A DNA stretch of 63,390 bases, the filler included, from Pelomyxa schiedti (lineage: Eukaryota; Protista; Evosea), in NCBI GenBank assembly GCA_020536535.1. It is 23 parts of 23 records of this genome, joined end to end, with 100 filler letters (N's around TTAATTAATTAA, not from the genome) between each part and the next. Parts side by side here need not be neighbours in the genome. Positions count along the whole stretch, not along the records: positions 18,453 to 21,786 come from JAHLWZ010001762.1; positions 21,887 to 27,180 come from JAHLWZ010001509.1; positions 27,281 to 29,195 come from JAHLWZ010002209.1; positions 29,296 to 31,993 come from JAHLWZ010001920.1; positions 32,094 to 33,614 come from JAHLWZ010002447.1; 18 more parts are not named here. One strand, written 5' to 3'. Shown here piece by piece: positions 21,401-33,614 of this stretch (within the stretch, counting starts at the first letter, position 1; every line of letters begins with the position of its first letter). Below the pieces are notes generated by a model. The model searched no databases. It was given only the letters and a program-made list of their open reading frames with translations, and was not told the DNA's origin. The position numbers and the translations under genes are program-made.

Positions 21401-21786
21401 CGCTCTTGCTTATGATGAAGACTTTGACTCCCTGTACGCATTTACTGGCTCCTATGCCTTGGAGAAGATTGACGTTGGGCTGGCAACATTACAGACTGTC
21501 TGCACCAGTAGCCAAGCCCTGGCCATTGACTTTGACCCTTGCACTGGAACCCTTTATGGGTCTGGCTCTGGGCTTTCCATCATAGATAAGCATACATGTG
21601 CTGTGACTTCAATGTACTCAGTCATGAAGACCTTCATACCAATTGCTGTTTTGGACTACCCGTGCGCTCCGCATATTCACTGCAGTGACGCAATTAACTG
21701 GGACCTATCGAGCGTGCAAGCGTACACGACTTACTATGGCTACACAAACATAAGCTGCTTTGGCATCAGCAAGAAAGGTGTGCTCT
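18453..21786 (+). CDS. Multi-exon cysteine-containing extracellular repeat protein (PPC/CUB-like repeats plus propeller-like segment), partial
   Basis: Recurring units 'xCSAA..ITSLPF...GTT', 'YSFTP....ADLC', 'STCGSS', 'SGxxYYIxV....GxYxLxV' split by short introns. 21018-21786 has LYKV/IYTLDLDTG/LAYD propeller-like blades. Confidence 0.7.
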
Positions 21787-21886
21787 NNNNNNNNNNNNNN
21801 NNNNNNNNNNNNNNNNNNNNNNNNNNNNNNTTAATTAATTAANNNNNNNNNNNNNNNNNNNNNNNNNNNNNNNNNNNNNNNNNNNN

Positions 21887-22118
21887 GGACACCAGGAAGG
21901 CAGTGTGGGTTTTCTACAGGGGTGCTGTTTTGGGTGATCACTCTGCCATGAACCAGCTTGGAATGTGCTACCAACAAGGCACAGGAGTTGGGTGTGTGGA
22001 CATCAGAACGGCTTCAAAGTTCTTCAGACTCGCTGCTGCTGAAAACGACTCTTACGCACAGGAGCAGTTAAACAACATCATCTTGTGGACATCGATGCGT
22101 GATGTGATGGCACACTGA
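21887..22118 (+). CDS. C-terminus of a SEL1-repeat protein
   Basis: AMNQLGMCYQQGTGVGCVDIRTASKFFRLAA is a SEL1 consensus match. Confidence 0.85.
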
Positions 22119-22240
22119 GTACCAGACTGGCAGGTCAATTTACGATGTAATGTGTGTGTTGAGTCATTTTAGCTCCAAACCATGTCTTCCGTCACAACAA
22201 GCCTCAGTCCCAACAAACCACCACCCCCTTCCGTTTCGGT

Positions 22241-25200
22241 ATGTCCAACTCCAGGACAGATCTGGCGGCTCCTCCCAACGACAACCCCAGCGCCTCCTCC
22301 TCCTCGGAGCGCCTTGGTCCCATCGCGCTGCTGCTCAGACGACAACGGCTACGCTGCCACGGCCACGGCGGCGCCTCCGTCCGCATCGATGCTGCCCCGG
22401 GGGGGGGTGTGTGGTGGCGGCGTCTGAGGAAGACGGGGCCGGGCGCAAGGTGGCGGGGGCTGCTGGGCGGGGCGGGCGACGGGCAAGGGCGCGCCGGGCG
22501 GGTCCTCCGGTGCTGGGCTGGTGGTGGCGGCCACCGCGGCGTCTGTGTGGCTCGTGTGGTACATCGCGTCGTTTACGATGATACTTGTCCCAACTGATCC
22601 TTATACTTTTGACTCTCTTGTTGGTCCCTCTCCTCTCCTCTCCTCTCTGGATATTGTATGTGTGCTCACAAGTGAGTGCTAAAATGACTTTTTAAAAAAA
22701 AGGCATTTGTTTCAGCTGAAAAAATTGCAAATACTTCAGACTCCATCTGGTTGACAGTCAAAGATGGAAACAGATCACTGGGCCAGGCGTGCCCCGCTCA
22801 AGTTTCTTCTGGTGCTTCAGCTTTTATTCCATTGGGTTGCATTGATGCAATTGTAAATTGTCCTTTGCTTTTTCAGTTGGTGACTGGAAAAGAAGCTGCA
22901 TATTTTGACCCGAGTCGCATTGATTTTTTGTAATTTCACTCCCTTTTTCCTCTCAGGTAGTTGTTACTGACTAGAAACAAAATGTACGGGGTGATGAAAT
23001 GTTCATTATCAGTGTGCAAAAAGTCAGTAGTCATTACAGCTGCTATCACTTTCTTGTTGTTTCTGACCAGCATTAATCAGGTAATGTACAGTGGGGAAAC
23101 AAAAATTGCATGGCTTTACGCAGGAATGGAGGTGCCAATGGTGTGTGGAACTCCCTCACTCTTTGGTTTTTTACCGTTCCTAAGCTCACTTACACTAACT
23201 CACCCACAGTTAACCGCCATGCTTTCTGGGATTGATCTTGGAAGAAACAGCTTTTCCTACATTGTGGATTCTCACGGCAAACTTCTGGCTGTTCTTGGAT
23301 CCATATTTGTTGAACAAAGTGAATTCGGGTATGTTAATTCAATATTTTCCACCTCTTCCTTCCCTTTTTGTATTTTATATCTCAGCGTTGTTCTTTAGAA
23401 TGGTTACTCCAGACAACTCTTCCAACCCCAAAGTCGTTCACAGTTGGGGGCTTCTCAGAGATAAGATTGGCAGCATCTCTGAGAATGAAACCTGCAAAAT
23501 GCAGTATTCATACAAAGATGACAGTTACTTCCTGTATTTTATTCTCATTCCCCTCAAGAATAAAATCTCACCCCAACCACTCCCCCCACAGAGAAGGTAA
23601 TTTATTTGTGTGCAACATATTCTCTTTTCTCTTCTTCGGACATGAAATATTTAAGTGTTTGACTACCACCCTCATCCCACTGTTCAGTGGCTCGTTGTTA
23701 TTTCCCTTTCATCAACGTGTGTTCTGCTGTATTGTTCTTCTTTCCGTAAATCTCAGCGTCATAAAACAGGAAATACACTGAATCTTCTCAGTTGAGCACA
23801 AGATTCTCCTGTGACTCCTTCAAAAAGAAAAAAAAACCAATTAACCTAACACTCCTGTGTTACTGAAGAGTCTTTGAACAAGAAAAAAAATTCCGGGAGG
23901 GTGACACTCATTTCTGTGTTGCCGTCTCTGGATTTTTGTGTACCCTTTCCCTTTTTTGTTTCTCCCTTTAAAACCGCTGAAAAAGCTCCCCAGGTTTTTG
24001 ATTTGCCACCAGAAGGCATTCAATGCCTTTATTACTTCTTGGTGAATGGTATGAGAGAAATGATCGGCCCCACGAATTTTTTGGACATGTTTGACCTCAT
24101 CATTTCTGGGATAATTCATGATGTTGGCCACCCGGGAGTCAATAATGTGTGTTTTGTTTAATGTCCTTTTTTGTTTTTGGATTTCCTCTCATTGTTTACA
24201 ACTCAGGCGTTTCTTGCTCTCTGATACAATGGTTCTGAAGTTTTCTCTTTGTTTGTTTTTGATTGTAACTCTGCGCCACAGATCGCAGTGTTCTTGAAAA
24301 TTTTCACTTGAGCTTGGGCTTAAAGATAATGTCCTCACACGCAACAGCAGAGTGGAAGTTGTCACCAAATGACAAGAAATACTGTAAGTCATCCCATTCA
24401 TCTACTGCCATCGCTGTTAATTAACACAACATACACCCCACCCACTCAGTGCGGTCTTTGATCATCAATTTGGTCCTGGCCACAGATATGGCTCAGCACT
24501 TTGAGGTTATCTCCAAATTCAAGGTGACTTCCTGAACTGGTTGTTGGTTACTCGTTTCCACATACCATTTTGGAAGACCCAAAACGGGATATGATGCAAA
24601 ACAAAGAACACAGAACGCAACTTCTGTGTGTCGCCATCAAAACAGCGGACATTTCCAATGTAAGCTTACATTCTACTTATCAATAACATTAACATTTCTT
24701 TCTTGAGGTCATGCGGCCGCACAAGCAAATGATGTATTGGGTGTCACAGCTCCCAAGAGTTCTACAATCAAGGTGACCAGGAAAAGGCTTTGGGAGTTCC
24801 CTTGAGCCCCTTCACTGATCGTTCTGGTTTCACTTTCACTTTCCTCCCCCTTGTTTTGTTTTTTTTTAGTTTTTTCTTAAAATGTGTGTCTGTGTTTTTT
24901 TTTATAAATTCAATTGTAATAGCTTGTGGTTGCACTTTTGCACCCGCCCCCTTTTTTTGCATTTTGGTGTGTGCCGGCTTGTTAAAGTTATTAACTTCCG
25001 AAACAGAGGGACTCACGAAGCTGTCCAAGCTGCAAACCAACTTCATCAACATCGTCGCGGAGCCGCTTCTCGCCACGTTCGACGCCGCGTGCCCCGCGCC
25101 GGCCATGGTGCAGTGCATCAAGGCCAACAACGACTACTGGGCCTCGAACCAGCCCCACCGCATCATCTCGCCGTTGTCTGACGGCCACCACATCGTCATC

Positions 25201-25506
25201 GTCATCGCCGCCGGCGCTGCCCCCGCTCCCACCCCCGCTCCGCCGACGTCTCACGCCCACACTGCGGCCTCCTCTCTTCCTCCTCCTCGTCGCCCACCTC
25301 GTCGCCATCGTCGTATCACTTGGTCCCCCACCCCCAGCTCAGTCACATCACCATTCTTCAGCCACTCCTCAGTGTACAAATCATCATTGACCGCCATCTG
25401 TCGGGTCAGAAGCCGCATCAGTGCTTATGACCGTGGCACAGGTGTCAAGTGTGCTTTTTACATGAACAACATAAGCGGCGATAGAGTTAAGTATCCACGG
25501 TCATAA
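22241..25506 (+). pseudogene. Class I cyclic-nucleotide phosphodiesterase with membrane/extracellular N-terminal region; apparently damaged
   Basis: Exon motifs IIHDVGHPGVNN, DRSVLENFHL, LVLATDMAQHF, AIKTADISN, QEFYNQGDQEK..SPFTDR, LQTNFINIVAEPL. The YHNxxH motif is absent and there is a frameshift at about 24753. The 5' boundary is uncertain. Confidence 0.8.
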
Positions 25507-25658
25507 GCATTGTCAACAACACTGCTGCACACCTCCGCAGAGTCACCACCAGCACTGCACCCTAGGGGATGATGGATTCAGGCATCATCCTTTAGATGAT
25601 TGTAAGTCACCAGTGAACCTATTAAAAAAAAAAAAAAAAAAGGACCGGTGGTCGCTCA

Positions 25659-25936
25659 GTGATGAAGGACGGTGGTCGTGGTGTGCGCAGAAACGACGAT
25701 CCCCGCGACACAATGTCCCATAATACTCACGGCTACAAACCAAGGTGTTCCTCTCCCTGTGCCTCGGAGATGGACCGGGCCGCGTTCTTCAAGCGGTTGG
25801 AGGAGGCGGCTCGCGTCAGACTCGATGACGACGCAGCTGGCGATGACGCCACCGAGTCGCAACCACAACAGCAACAACAGCAACAACAAGAAGCGCAACA
25901 ACCAGAGGTGAAAAGGAGGAGAAAGGCAACAACAAT

Positions 25937-25995
<59 letters not shown>

Positions 25996-27180
25996 GTACA
26001 CAACAGGTGCTGGCAGAAAATTTGGAAACAACAACAAGTGGTGCCGATGGTGGAGGCGGAGGTAGTAGTGTAATTGTGGGAAGGAATTTCAGTTTTGTGA
26101 AGGTGCTGAACTGTTCTTCTGTTGCAGGTTTTGGGTTTCATTTTATTTCATTGATCCTGTTTGTTTCCTTCTGAGAGAATTTTCTCATTTCACAGGGATT
26201 GACTTTGAAGTGAAGTGCATTGGGAAGGGACACCCTGGTTTATTCAGCAACCAATCATACATCCTCAAGGCTCTCTTCAATTTCCAGGAAAATGGTGGTG
26301 CTGGTTACATCGAGGTTGAACCGCATCCAAACATTGCACGGTACTTCTGCCGATTCCAGGACACCATCCCACTGGAGTTTTACGATCCCCTCCCTGCTTC
26401 CGCAAAGGAGATGGTGATGATGTGTGACCCCCACGTGCTCGATGGTGGGACGAAATCCCACTTGTTGACTTGGATTGTTCTTGAGCACCACCCTGACACA
26501 CTGCGAAATTTCTTGTTGAGAACCGCGGCACCACTTGCATACACAACAACAACAGAAACAGCAGCCACCACACCGTGGAGCATTGTGCACAAGTATTCAA
26601 GGGACATCAGTGCCGCTCTTGTTCACCTGTTCAACAACAAAGTCATTCACTTCAATCTGACATTGGACACCATTGCTGTCTCTTCTGTGTGTATTTCTAA
26701 ATTTAACTACTCACACTCATTAACAGAATGCATCCAAGTTCAAATGATCCTTGCTGTTTCCAGTAACACTCAGCCAACTTGTGGATTGCCCAGGGACTTC
26801 CTCCATGCGTGACAACATGTGTGTAAAACGAGAGGAGCTCATCAGGTGTTGGAGGTTCGATGACATCCATCAGGAATCTGTGAGCATCCACAAGGGGAGT
26901 CCTCTTTGAGGGTTCGAACTGGAGCAACCCGCGAACGAGGTCACAGAACTTCTTTGGGAATGCTGGTGGCTGAATCGGGAACGACTCTTCACTCTCGAGT
27001 TCAGGGTATCCAGGGAGAAGTGGTGGGTGCTGTTGGCCAACAGCACCCATTGCAAATTCATTCACAACCTGGCTGAGTGTTACTGGAACGGAACAGGTGT
27101 TGAGAGAGACCCCCGCCAGGCTGCTGAACTCTACCAGCTGGCACTTGATTCTGGGCACACAGGTTCGGCCTTTGACATTG
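25659..27180 (+). pseudogene. Kinase-like plus SEL1-repeat gene with an internal inverted segment
   Basis: Plus strand: PHPNIARYFCRF..WIVLEH..LVHLFNNKVIHFNL. Minus strand at about 26735-27058: C-lobe FCDLVRGLLQFEPSKR and SEL1 start AIHKLAECYW. Plus strand again from 27060: IHNLAECYWNGTGVERD. Confidence 0.75.
25927..25995 (+). repeat. (ACA)n microsatellite encoding poly-Thr
   Basis: About 22 ACA units seen directly. Confidence 0.95.
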
Positions 27181-28445
27181 NNNNNNNNNNNNNNNNNNNN
27201 NNNNNNNNNNNNNNNNNNNNNNNNTTAATTAATTAANNNNNNNNNNNNNNNNNNNNNNNNNNNNNNNNNNNNNNNNNNNNCATGCTTTTTTCTCCCAACT
27301 CACCAATTCACAGCTGCTCACCTGATCCGCGACGATTCCCGGAACCTCTTGCCCACTTGTACTTCATCTTCACTGAGTTCCGGCAAATCCTTCCCATCCC
27401 CCGGTGGTTCAAGTTCAGTATATCTCTGTGATGACCATTTCGAGTGGCTGCACATTGCACACACCCCAAAAGAGAGGAAGATTGGCCGGGCTTGGCTCAC
27501 CCCGCGAGAACCCTTCCCCCGAGTTTGGCACCAAAGTACCGCGGTGGGTGTTTGGAAACCCCGAACACATTCCCAGACCAAACCCAACTGGGCTGGGAAT
27601 CCCCCGCGGAGGACTGGGTGTCAAGGGGGGTTGTTGGGTGGGGTCTCGTGGAGTATCAAGTGCAATCCCCAATTCGACTCTCGTGCAAATCCCCCAGCAG
27701 CCTGTTGGTCATGGAGACACAAGCCCCCAAAGTACCAGCAGCCCAATCCTTCCAAGTGCCACAGCAGAAATAATTGTACAAATAGCACCATTTTTTGGCC
27801 AAAAACCAAGTGTTTTTTTTTTCGGGGTGACAATGTCTGAGTGTGGTTGTTGTTTTATTTAAGAGGTGAATGGACTCATGACCGATTGTGAGAATGTCAG
27901 CAGAATTGTGTGTTTTCTGTGTGAACTGAATCCCCAATTTGAGCCACCCCTCTAATTTGACTCTGGTGCAAATCCCCTTGGTTAGGGAATAATAGTTTAT
28001 GTTATCGCATAGATGTCCGTTTTGATGAAGTATGTTGAACACGGGAACTTGCCTGCTTTTGAAGAAACTGCCATGAAAGTCATTAGCAACAATAGATTTA
28101 ATCAGTGTTGTATTGGAGTAGAGAAAAGGGCCAGTTGGTGGTTTCTATTTGTGTAAGCAGCGAACCACCCGTCGTCATTGAGAATGCACGCCCAGACCGG
28201 AGTAAAAAGGCACAACTTGCGCGACGAATTCTTTCAATTCGTGTTTCACCTGCATGTCGCTGGTCCAGTATCGCATCAGTTACAAGAATTGACCTGGGGG
28301 CTCTGGGGATCTATCCCGCGTTAAACTCACATAGCACCACCTTATGTTTCTCCTAGATACCCTGGGGACAGCTCCCTGCTCTACAGAACAAAAACCTACC
28401 AGATAAAAGAAGAAAAGACCAAAAAAAAAAAACAACGGAGACGAG

Positions 28446-28710
28446 ATGATGCGCAACAACAACAAGCACAACAGCAGGCCCCAACACCACCAGCAGCAGC
28501 AACGAGCACTCGCACCGCCGGCGGTGATCGCCGCGGTCGCCAGCAGCAGCACCAACACCAGCAGCAGCGCACCGCAGGGCGCCGCGGCGACGGCGGTGCC
28601 AGATCCCGTGGTAGCCGACGTGTCGCCGTTGCTGCCGACGAACGTGGAAGTTTACGGTAGTGGTGGGTGCTGCGGCGGCGACACCACCACCACACAACAA
28701 CAGCAGCAGC

Positions 28711-28742
<32 letters not shown>

Positions 28743-29195
28743 GCACGACAACAAACCACCACCAGCAGCACCAGCACCAGCACGACGGGGGCTGGGGCTG
28801 CGGCGGTGGGGGGCGGGAACACGACGACGTCAGGCACCAGCGGGAATGGGACTGGGACTGGGAACGGGAACGGGGGGCGGAGGCGGCACAGCAGGAACAA
28901 ATCGCACGAGCACGAGGGGGCCCAGCACGGGCAGCAGCAGCAGCAGGCACACGAGGAGTCGGACAAGTGCTGCCCCCTGTGCGAGGAACCATTGGACTCT
29001 ATAGAAGTCCGGTTCAAGCCCTGCCCTTGCGGATACCAGGCGTGTCCTGTCCTGTGCTGTGCTGTTGCTGTTGTTGTTGTTGTTGTTTGTGCCCAAGTCG
29101 TTTTTTTTTTTCCCCCTACCACACTTATCTAAACTATTCTCCTTCCTGCTTTGTCTTCCCCTTCCTTTACTTATGCTTTTGGGACTACATAGATG
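28446..29195 (+). CDS. NOT4: Not4/CNOT4-type RING E3 ligase, 5' part with poly-Q N-terminus
   Basis: CCPLCEEPLDSIEVRFKPCPCGYQ matches the Not4 C4C4 RING start (CPLCxExxDxxDxxFxPCxCGYQ). Downstream splicing is unclear. Confidence 0.75.
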
Positions 29196-30641
29196 NNNNN
29201 NNNNNNNNNNNNNNNNNNNNNNNNNNNNNNNNNNNNNNNTTAATTAATTAANNNNNNNNNNNNNNNNNNNNNNNNNNNNNNNNNNNNNNNNNNNNACGCG
29301 GAACCAACGGCCAACGGACGCTCTTTTGAGTGACACACAATGGCACTGACAGTGGGAACTGCGTCTTCATCGAAAACATGCAACACCCCCCTCGACGGTG
29401 GTAATGATGCTGCTGCTGCTGCACCAAATTGTTGACCACGACAACAACCACCGCGAATACGAAATGTGGAGCACGAACGACAACAGAGTAAAGGCAAGGC
29501 CACCCAAGTGCTTGGCAAAGCAAGCAAGGCAACAAAGCTGGTGGTGGCAGCAATAAAATGGGTAAGAAGGAAAAGCTTGCCGAGCTGGCCATGAGCGCAC
29601 CCGCGTCGTGGGCGGGCGAGGGCGCAGCGTCGTGGGTGTCGGTGTCGGTGGTTGTGGTGATATACTACTATATGGCCGAGCCACTGGCTGAGGCGCACCT
29701 CAGGGACCCCGCAAAAAGGGGAAGAGAGTCAGAGTTCCAGTCGCTGCAGACGGGGAGGGACATGGCGCAAAGCAAGACGGAGAGTCCCCAGCCAAATACC
29801 CTCCATCGGAACACACCCTCTCTTCTGGGCGACTTACTTCAAGAGAGAACAAGTTGTAATGCAGCTTTCTTCACTTGGGGTTGATCCCAACCATCGAATG
29901 TTACAGCTGTAGCTAGACACAACATAAACCCCGTGGTGGTTGCAGTGATGAACAATCAAAAGGAATTGATTGATGCAATGGCGAAACCGTGGTGGTGTGT
30001 ACTTTAAGGATGAGGGGAAGTACCCTCACATCGACCGTATGTTTTGTTGAATTTGAGTTCTTTTGGTTCATTTCCTTCAGGATACTTGGAAGAATACCAC
30101 ATGGTTAATGTGTCTCCCTCATGTTGCTTTTTGCTCTCCGAATTCACAAAAGTTGCTCGAAACTGGTGATACCACCAATCAGGGAACACAATGAGATGAT
30201 ACCACCGGGGATGCCTTCTCGAACAGGATTTCCGCTGTGTTCCGTGGACTCGTTTTGTGAACAACTGACACCGATCGAATCAGGGTTGTTCCGATTATCC
30301 AACATTCATAAATCCCTCACCTTTCTGTCAGGTGGTTACATCACTGACCTGTCCAGTATCAACAAATGGGGTTTTGATACGTCCTTCAGGCCCAACGACA
30401 TCAACCATCTGCTGATGTGATGAGACCAGACCCAAGCCCTTTTATACCAACCAACCAACGTTGTTCGTAAACAAAGATTAAGTGTCGACACTGTCGGCAT
30501 TCAAAACACCCCAACCACTCTTTCTTTAACCTCGACTCTACACTAAAGGCCTCAGCCTTGTGGCGTGGAGATTATGCAACATCAGAGCCGACTAACGACG
30601 CAACGCCACAATTTGTACATTTACATTAAATACATAGTGGG

Positions 30642-31915
30642 CTATCCAAGCAAAGAATCACTTCCCATGATGAACAGAGCACCACCGTCGCCACCTGTTC
30701 CTTCATTGCAGTCATCCACACCGCACTCGTCGTCATTTCCACCACCACCACCGCCGAATCGGCCACCTGGTGTTCCCCTCTTCCTGTTCTGACCTGATGC
30801 CCCTGGTTGTCCTCCAACAGGCTTTCCTTGAAGTGTCCCAAGCCAACACCCACCTCCACTCCCTGCTGAGTCATGATAGCCGTTTGTTCCACCACCTCCT
30901 CCCCTGCTTTTGACCTGGTGTTCCTGCTTCATTTTTTTTTTTTTTATTTTGTGATTTAGTGGGTTTTGTATTTTGTGTTGTGTTGTTGTTGTTTTGTTTT
31001 TTTACATTGAACTGCCCCCTCTGAACTTCCACCACCAGATCCAGCACCCATACCACCACCATCACAGCACACACTGTCAGCTCGGAGTGCATTCTTTCCA
31101 GCACCACCATTGCCCCCTGTTCCTGCTGCGCCACCTCCCCCACCACCTGAGTCGTATGCTCCACCACCCGTCCCACCTGTGAATGAGCCTGTGTTCGCTG
31201 CCTTGAGTGTCCCTGGCAGAGTCACTGTCCCCACCCCGCCAACTCCACCACGGCGGCTGCTGCAGGCATCGGCCCCTGTTTGATATGTTTTACCACCATC
31301 ACCACCACCGCCACGTGCCAGTGCTGCACCTGATGATGTTGTCACAGTGGTGTCACCACCTTTCTTGCCCTGTTCACTCTTCCTCGACCCACCAGCACCA
31401 CCCCTCCCAACAACAACAATGAACGTGTCACCCTCAGCCACCCTGAGTCCCAGAACAAATGCAGTTCCTCCACCACCTCCTCCTGCTCCTCCACCATCAA
31501 CAGGATCATGGCAGCCAGCACCACCACCAGCACCAACAACAGCAAACGACACCACAGTCACACCACATGGCACAACCACTCTGTGTTCTCCTGGTGTGTC
31601 AAGGCAAACTGACACTTGGTGGGAAATGCGAACAGATGCAGGCTCACTGAATGGCCCAACACCACCTGGTGATGATGCTGCAACACGAACAAGATGTGTC
31701 ACAGAGCAACCTGGGGAGGGGCTGAAAACACACTGAAGGGCAGGCCCATGATACACCTCACGTTGCTGTTGTTGTGCAGTTCCTTCAAGTTCAACAGCAA
31801 CAGTGTATGAGACAATCTTGGATCCATTTGGTGGTGGCGCTTTCCACTGCACTGAAACGGCGTCAACAGCTATTTGTGAAGCTGTTGGAACATCAGGTTT
31901 ACGTGGAAGGCCTGT
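30642..31915 (-). CDS. Fibronectin type III plus glycine-rich domain protein, 3' part
   Basis: FN3: VQWKAPPPNGSKIVSYTV..VYHGP..VRVAASSPGGVGPFSEP. Gly-rich domain: VPCGVTVVSFAVVGAGGGAG..IVVVGRGGAGG..GGDGGALFIM. One intron near 30925-31010. Confidence 0.8.
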
Positions 31916-32093
31916 GAATGTGGGTGGTTACAACACAGTATTTTTTCTCAACAAGAACTCAACTCACCCATATTTTCCTGCAATCTCGTGTTTNNNNNNN
32001 NNNNNNNNNNNNNNNNNNNNNNNNNNNNNNNNNNNNNTTAATTAATTAANNNNNNNNNNNNNNNNNNNNNNNNNNNNNNNNNNNNNNNNNNNN

Positions 32094-33614
32094 CAGTTAC
32101 GAACGACTACTGCAATGATGGAGCATTCAGCGACAGCACAAAACAACACCAGGCCAGTGAAGAACACGTCAATCGCTGAATGCTTCCCGTCCTTCATCAA
32201 TTCCGATATTCTCCAGCAAAATTCAAGGTTCTCCAGCAGTTCCGGGTTCGTGAAGATGTGCAAGTTAGTGGCTCGGTGGAACACTCACTGGGACCGGAAT
32301 AGTTATCTAACTTGGAAAATTGTGGACGGGGAGTCAGCTGGAGGCATGTAAAACAGGTGCACGTATGGTGTGTTAACTGCAAACCCCGACTTTCTACGGA
32401 ACACCGGGTTCGGCTTGACCTGTGGAGGCTGCAAAGCCAAAAGATGGCTCGCCTCTACGCGCTTCGATTCCCGAATGCTGTGCTCCTTCTCCTTTGTAGG
32501 TTTTAGACCGTTGGCCATTTCCACAAGTAAAGTTTCACTACAAATTGTACCCTGTCATTGCGTGGGAACTTCTTCAAAGATATTCCTACTAATTAATGAA
32601 TACTCTGATCCAGTATCCATGCATACTTCTTTACAAAGGCCATTTTATTGTCACATATATTGGGGTAAACCCCTCCTAAAATGGGAACTCTAGTTGTCTT
32701 CCCCAGTTTATCATGGTTCTCCAAATAACATTGCATAGGGCTCACAACCTTCCTTGGCAAAACCGATACATTCATCAAGATTGGTACCTTCTCTCGCACC
32801 CAGAAAGAGCTATGACGGTCAACCGAGTTGTTGGTTCTGCGAAGAAACAAGTAGAGTCTTGAAGTCATGGCGGGCACTGGCAGAGTGTGTATACTTGGCA
32901 ATTGACGGACCCGATGCGCGCAGCGTTATTAGCAGCTGATTGTTGCGACTCGAAGCTCGTGAAAAAGCAACAAACGTACCCGAGAGAACCCAATAGTGAG
33001 TTAACCCTGCTTAGGATGCCAGAAAACGGGACCTTGTGAAAGAACATTCGGACTTGTATTCATCGCCATCCCGCAATATGACAATTCCTCGGCATTGAGC
33101 TCCCTGATTCTTGCTCAAGCAGGAATCGTACCGAGGTACCCAATCCAACAGCTGGCAATTGAATGTGATCTCCAAAAGAGGTATATTCCAAGGGTGAACT
33201 ATCAACAGACTATGTGGATTCTGCCTTCCCACCAAGTTGAACTTGTTGAACTGCAAGAACTCAAGACCCTTGGTGGATACAATGAGGAATTCAATCTCAC
33301 TACCAGTCTATTCCTTGTTCTCTGTTTCACTCATTGTTTGCGAAAAGCATGATTTCTATGTACTAAAGGGCATACTGTAGGAAAACAGAATTCTGGCATT
33401 GACAAAAGTAAATCAAGGTGAGTTCTTCATGAAGAACAGTAGATTGTCAACCCATTCCAATTAACTCAGACAAATGCCGTTGTACATGGCCTCGATATTG
33501 GGAGGGCTTCCAGATCTGAATACCGTCTCGTTGGTGACAACGTTCAAGCAGTCTAGCACGCTTCCAGCAAAAACAATGAGGGAGTTTATATTGATCTACC
33601 TGGTTCAGCCTTGG
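32094..33614 (-). mobile_element. Decayed LTR-retroelement-like fragment with retropepsin motif
   Basis: Minus-strand reading VCMDTGSEYSLISRNIF...Q*Q...LVEMANG at about 32505-32630 fits the aspartic protease DTG(S/A) motif and flap. It has an in-frame stop and broken frames; no RT motif is visible. Confidence 0.55.

Noticed and set aside
27281-28100. Several overlapping mid-length ORFs
   Set aside because: No recognisable motif or consistent frame, so a gene call cannot be supported.
29037-29195. Non-canonical intron in the Not4-like gene (possible GC donor, no clear AG acceptor)
   Set aside because: It cannot be resolved at a contig edge and may be a deletion or assembly error.
28353-29251. 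Multiple overlapping poly-C/L/V/T ORFs
   Set aside because: Alternative-frame readings of CAA/CAG microsatellites within the Not4-like gene.
29880-30420. Short ORFs on both strands
   Set aside because: No recognisable domain and the coding strand is ambiguous.
32540-32570. Stop-codon readthrough or recoding at the in-frame TGA
   Set aside because: Surrounding frames are also broken and intact genes in the window end in TGA normally; simple decay is more likely.
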